Of a stretch of 32,000 nt of DNA, positions 27,859 to 32,000 are shown piece by piece. Under the pieces are notes generated by a model. It was not told the origin of the DNA. It made no database searches and saw nothing but the letters and a program-made list of their open reading frames with translations. How positions within the stretch are numbered: position 1 is the first letter of the stretch; every line of letters begins with the position of its first letter. The stretch comes from Zymomonas mobilis subsp. mobilis ATCC 10988 (GTDB lineage Bacteria > Pseudomonadota > Alphaproteobacteria > Sphingomonadales > Sphingomonadaceae), in contig NC_017262.1 in assembly GCF_000175255.2 (NCBI RefSeq), forward strand, positions 450,001 to 482,000, given 5' to 3'. Both the position numbers and the translations under genes were made by a program.

Positions 27859-28338
27859 ATGAAGGCGCTCATGAAAACGACGAAGCCGGCAACGCCTGCA
27901 ACCGTCGAAAAAAAATGGCATCTGATTGATGCCGAAGGATTAGTTGTTGGTCGTGTCGCAACGATTATCGCTAATCTTCTGCGCGGCAAGCACAAACCGA
28001 GCTTTACGCCTTACATTGACTGCGGCGACAATGTTGTTGTTATCAATGCAGACAAGGTTCGTTTCACCGGCCGTAAAATGCAGAAAAAAGTATACTACAA
28101 GCATACCGGTTATGCTGGTGGTATCAAGGAAACCACTCCGGCCAAAGTTTTGGGCGGACGTTTTCCGGAACGTGTATTGGAAAAAGCGGTTGAACGCATG
28201 ATTCCCCGTGGCCCCTTAGGTCGCCAGCAAATGCGTAACCTCCGTATCTTTGCCGGTGCAGAACATTCGCATACGGCTCAGAATCCTGAAGTTCTTGATG
28301 TTGCGGCTATGAACCGTAAAAATAAGGTGGGTGCCTGA
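27859..28338 (+). CDS. rplM: 50S ribosomal protein L13
   Basis: [48 protein letters not shown]; upstream AGGA; overlaps the rpsI start. Confidence 0.98.
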   Translation: MKALMKTTKPATPATVEKKWHLIDAEGLVVGRVATIIANLLRGKHKPSFTPYIDCGDNVVVINADKVRFTGRKMQKKVYYKHTGYAGGIKETTPAKVLGGRFPERVLEKAVERMIPRGPLGRQQMRNLRIFAGAEHSHTAQNPEVLDVAAMNRKNKVGA

Positions 28339-28886
28339 TGGCTGATCATCGTCAATCTCTTTCCGATCTTGCTGATCTGGCAAAAGCCGGCGCAGCGAAA
28401 GCCGGTGCCGCAACGACCTCTGTTGTTACAGAAACTGTTGTTGAAGAAAAAGCTGCTGTTGCCGAACCTGCTCCCCTGCGTGAGCAGATTTTGGACGCAC
28501 AGGGTCGTGCTTATGCAACTGGCCGTCGTAAAGACGCTGTTGCTCGCGTCTGGATCAAACCGGGCAGCGGCAAGATCACTGTAAACGGTCGCGATCAGGA
28601 ATTTTACTTCGCCCGTCCGACCTTGCGTTTGGTTATCAATCAGCCTTTCGACGTCACGGAACGTCGTGGCCAGTATGATGTTGTCGCAACCGTTACCGGT
28701 GGCGGTCTCTCTGGTCAGGCTGGTGCCGTAAAGCATGGTATTTCTCAGGCTTTGACCCGCTACGAACCGGCTCTGCGTTCTTCTGTGAAGGCTGCTGGCT
28801 TCCTGACGCGCGATAGCCGTGCGGTTGAACGTAAGAAATACGGTCGTGCCAAAGCTCGCCGTAGCTTCCAGTTCTCCAAACGTTAA
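28338..28886 (+). CDS. rpsI: 30S ribosomal protein S9
   Basis: [29 protein letters not shown] ... [26 protein letters not shown]-terminal signature; extra Ala-rich N-terminal extension. Confidence 0.98.
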   Translation: MADHRQSLSDLADLAKAGAAKAGAATTSVVTETVVEEKAAVAEPAPLREQILDAQGRAYATGRRKDAVARVWIKPGSGKITVNGRDQEFYFARPTLRLVINQPFDVTERRGQYDVVATVTGGGLSGQAGAVKHGISQALTRYEPALRSSVKAAGFLTRDSRAVERKKYGRAKARRSFQFSKR

Positions 28887-28925
28887 GATCTTTTTACTTT
28901 ATAAAACAATTTATAAAGAAAAAGA

Positions 28926-28960
28926 CAAAAAGGGTGCCATTTTGGCACCCTTTTTCTTTT
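28926..28960 (+). terminator. Rho-independent terminator after rpsI
   Basis: AAAAAGGGTGCC-ATTTT-GGCACCCTTTTTCTTTT. Confidence 0.92.
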
Positions 28961-29092
28961 AAAATGGATGTAAATTTCCGGCTATATGCCGTAAAAGTAA
29001 AGGACACTCTACCCCCATGTTCTTTGTGCTTTTTTGCTTGGGAACAGAATGTCCGATAAACGACTAAACGGATTCCAAATTAAGGATTTTGC

Positions 29093-30496
29093 GTGGCTGA
29101 AGATTTCAAGGAACGTTTAAAGTTATTTAACGTCACTGCCGGTGACTATAAAAATTTTCCCGCGCTCAAAAAAATTGTTGAGCGTCATGGGCAGAAAACC
29201 CTTGATTATCTTTATACGCATCTGACACGCACTTCGGCTGCCCGTTTTTTCAAAAGCAAAGACGCGATTGAAAAGGCAAAAAAGAAGCAGCTAGCGCATT
29301 GGCTCTCGTGGTTCACCTTACCTTTGGATAAAAAAAGTGAGGAAACTTCCAAAAAAATCGGTGCCATTCATGCCCAAATTGGGGTAACGCCTACCTATTA
29401 TATCAGCGCCTATGCTGTTAGTTTGGAACAATTAATTACGCGGGCGATAAAATCCTCAGCGGCAGGTTTATTTCTCAACCGCAAATTAGCCGATACAATT
29501 GGCTCTTTAGTCAAATTAACCCTTCTTGATATTGAAATTGTTCTGTCGAATTATCTGGATTACGAGCGTCAGGAACGGAACACCATCCTGACGAGCTTGA
29601 GCAAAGCGCTTAACCAGATGGCCGAACAAAATTTTGATGTCGTTCTAGAACATATCCCGAAAAACTATGCTGCGATCGCGAATGACTTCGCCGTTATGCG
29701 TTCTAGCTTAGCGGGTGTGATCGCCCAAGTTATCGAAATCGCTCATCGCGCCAAATCAGAAGCGCATAATATCGGTCGTTTTTCGCAATCTTTAACCGAT
29801 TCCAGCCATCACCAAATTCAGACATTGGGTGATGCAACCAATACCATGAGTCATATTGCCGAAGCGGCCAAAAACACGGCTTTACAGGCAAAGGATGTCA
29901 GTAAATCCATTGATGAAACACGGGAAAAAGCAGGTGAAGGTGGCCGTATCGCCTATGATGCCATCAAGAGCATGGAAGCGTTGTCCGCCTCATCTAAAAA
30001 GATTTCCAATATCGTTACCCTCATTGATGATATCGCATTTCAAACCAATCTTTTGGCTTTAAATGCTAGTATTGAAGCCGCGAAAGCGAGCGAAGCAGGT
30101 CGAGGCTTCACCGTTGTTGCGAATGAAGTTCGGGCGCTGGCTCAGCGTTCAGCCGAAGCCGCCGCAGGTATTAAAACCCTTATTGAAGACAGTTTAAAAC
30201 AGCTTAGCATCACAAAAAATCATGTTGAAAATACCGGCAAAACCTTTGAAGAAATTATAGAGAGTATCGAAACCGTTAACCGGCAGGCTCATGATATTTC
30301 ACTATCAGCGGCATCTCAATCACAAGAGCTGCAAAACGCCGCTGCGACCGTTAAAAATACTGAACAAATAACGCAACAAGGGGGCGTTATTGTTGAGCAA
30401 TCAACCGAAGCTTCTCGAAATATTGTCGAGGCAATTGACCTACTTGGCACCGCTTTGGAACGTTTTCATCTAGGGGCAGATGAGAAAACAAACTAA
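29093..30496 (+). CDS. Soluble globin-coupled methyl-accepting chemotaxis protein (HemAT-like)
   Basis: 467 aa ORF (GTG start), no TM segment; N-terminal protoglobin-type domain with IGAIHAQIGVTPTYYISAYAVSLEQ; C-terminal MCP hairpin tip IDDIAFQTNLLALNASIEAAKASEAGRGFTVVANEVRALAQRSAEAA. Confidence 0.88.
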   Translation: MAEDFKERLKLFNVTAGDYKNFPALKKIVERHGQKTLDYLYTHLTRTSAARFFKSKDAIEKAKKKQLAHWLSWFTLPLDKKSEETSKKIGAIHAQIGVTPTYYISAYAVSLEQLITRAIKSSAAGLFLNRKLADTIGSLVKLTLLDIEIVLSNYLDYERQERNTILTSLSKALNQMAEQNFDVVLEHIPKNYAAIANDFAVMRSSLAGVIAQVIEIAHRAKSEAHNIGRFSQSLTDSSHHQIQTLGDATNTMSHIAEAAKNTALQAKDVSKSIDETREKAGEGGRIAYDAIKSMEALSASSKKISNIVTLIDDIAFQTNLLALNASIEAAKASEAGRGFTVVANEVRALAQRSAEAAAGIKTLIEDSLKQLSITKNHVENTGKTFEEIIESIETVNRQAHDISLSAASQSQELQNAAATVKNTEQITQQGGVIVEQSTEASRNIVEAIDLLGTALERFHLGADEKTN

Positions 30497-30716
30497 TTTT
30501 GCTTTATTTATAGCGATAAAAAACGTCAAATATCATGCGCGCTTTCCAATTGATCCTTGACGTAATAGGAAAAATTTTCCAGCCTATTTTGCCTTTTTGA
30601 TATAATAACAAGACGGATAAAGGCTTTAGGCAATCGCTATTTTCTGAATGTCCCTTTTCGGCATTCAAAGGTAACAGGAACTATCAGACGTTCTTTCGGG
30701 GAAGACGGTATAATTT

Positions 30717-32000
30717 ATGACACAGCCCGAAAAAAAACTGTTTACTTTATGGCAAGCCCAAAAAAAAACGATCGAAAATGATCTAAAGGCCTGTCAGGCC
30801 GGTATCTATGACAGCAAATGCCTGCTCCGTCTGGAAATGGCGATAAAAGAACTGAATAATCAGGCCTCTGGCAATAATGAAACAGCGTTAGTTCAGTTAA
30901 CTTTTTTACTAGCGCAACTGATAGAAGCGATCCGCAAAGATCGCTTGGCTTTAAATCTGTTCTTAATTGATCTTATCCAGCGTAGTTTTGATACGATCGA
31001 AAATGACATTCTGGCCATTACATCAAAACAGATTCCGGTTGACCAGACCCAGATTGAAGAAGAATTACAAAAGACAATCGCCCATTCTTCTCAATATGCG
31101 ATTAAAAAAGTCGGTCATGAAATCACTATAGACAAGCCAGAAGTCATTTTATCCAAAAACGCTCTGGTGGCCGATGATCCCGTAACGCGTATTCATCAAA
31201 ATGCCACGGATGAAACGCTTCACGTTGAAGGCAGTCTTGAACCGCATATTCCAGTTAATCCTGAAAAACTGGATAACCTATTCGATATATTCCACGAAAT
31301 GCTGAGCATTCGTTCAGAATTAAGTCTCACTCATGGCCTTTCAGATGAAAAAGCTGGTCGGGTCAATGCGCTCGAAAAATTGGATCAACTGATCCAATCT
31401 GCCAATAATTATGCTATGGCGCTCCAAACTCAGACTATCGAGCCGCTTTTTAAACAAGTCATTGATATCATTAAGCAAAGATGCGGTAATAATCACAAAA
31501 ATATTATTTTTTCAGTTATCGGATCTGAAATCAAAATCGACAAACGGATCGTCATTGATCTTGGCAAGGCTTTACTTGAACTTGTCGATAATGCGGCCTT
31601 TCACGGCATTGAAGAAAGCGAAACGCGTCAGGAAATGGGTAAACCTCGCGAAGGTCATATTCGCTTGGAAGCCCGCTATCATGCCAGCCGCTTAAAGATC
31701 ATTATCGCCGATGATGGCCGTGGCATTCTTTGGAAAAAACTGGTCAAAATTGCCGAACAATACGGCATAATTGCAGATAAAGATGCTCCAGATGGGAAAG
31801 CAGACGAAACGCAATCTTTTGAAAGCCATGCCTCGCATCATGGAAAAGGCGGCTTTGCGACCGTCAAAGACATTGTTCAGTCATTAAAGGGAGAAATCCG
31901 CATTTATGCTCCTCCCCGTTTAGGCACGCGGGTCACGATGCTTCTACCCCTTAATCAAACGATGGTTGAAGGCCTGATTACCACCGTCAAAGATCAAAGC
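30717..32000 (+). CDS. CheA-like chemotaxis histidine kinase (partial, runs off the window)
   Basis: Open frame of 428 codons from ATG MTQPEKKLFTLWQAQKK... with dimerisation-like helices and a CheA-type ATPase (LLELVDNAAFHGIEESETRQEMGKPREGHIRLEA, IADDGRGI, HHGKGGFATVKDIVQSLKGEIRI, GTRVTMLLPL). Confidence 0.8.
   Translation, partial: MTQPEKKLFTLWQAQKKTIENDLKACQAGIYDSKCLLRLEMAIKELNNQASGNNETALVQLTFLLAQLIEAIRKDRLALNLFLIDLIQRSFDTIENDILAITSKQIPVDQTQIEEELQKTIAHSSQYAIKKVGHEITIDKPEVILSKNALVADDPVTRIHQNATDETLHVEGSLEPHIPVNPEKLDNLFDIFHEMLSIRSELSLTHGLSDEKAGRVNALEKLDQLIQSANNYAMALQTQTIEPLFKQVIDIIKQRCGNNHKNIIFSVIGSEIKIDKRIVIDLGKALLELVDNAAFHGIEESETRQEMGKPREGHIRLEARYHASRLKIIIADDGRGILWKKLVKIAEQYGIIADKDAPDGKADETQSFESHASHHGKGGFATVKDIVQSLKGEIRIYAPPRLGTRVTMLLPLNQTMVEGLITTVKDQS

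Noticed and set aside
28278-28736. 152-aa minus-strand ORF inside rplM/rpsI
   Set aside because: Shadow ORF antisense to confidently identified ribosomal protein genes; low-complexity translation and no RBS or family signature.
30570-30582. GGAAAAATTTTCC palindrome between the MCP and CheA-like genes
   Set aside because: Short AT-rich palindrome, readily expected by chance and without supporting context.

Overview
The 32 kb window looks like ordinary chromosome from a Zymomonas/Sphingomonadales-like alphaproteobacterium (inferred from gene content and protein style, no database search). Supported content: tRNA-Arg(CCG) and tRNA-Thr(CGT); an opgD-opgH osmoregulated glucan pair; a secreted GH35-family protein; leuA; a TonB-dependent receptor; a nadE-gltX pair; a PAS-domain protein; a small AT-rich patch next to tRNA-Thr; a NERD-domain protein; a serine hydrolase; a DinG/XPD-like helicase; class I lysyl-tRNA synthetase; a secreted aldose 1-epimerase; a serine recombinase; a MerC-family protein; rplM-rpsI; a soluble globin-coupled chemotaxis transducer; and the start of an atypical CheA-like kinase running off the right edge. 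I found no CRISPR array, phage or obvious defence island. The most interesting leads are regulatory or motif-level: (1) a leucine-codon leader ORF with mutually exclusive stems upstream of leuA; (2) two Zur-box-like palindromes, upstream of the TonB receptor and the MerC-family gene; (3) a GH35 protein whose usual acid/base Glu motif (NE) reads DR; (4) a CheA-like protein without a recognisable HPt histidine next to a globin sensor; (5) a hairpin plus U-tract immediately before the lysS start; (6) strong U-tract-less stem-loops after genes; (7) inverted repeats upstream of a serine recombinase. No clearly new multigene system is evident.
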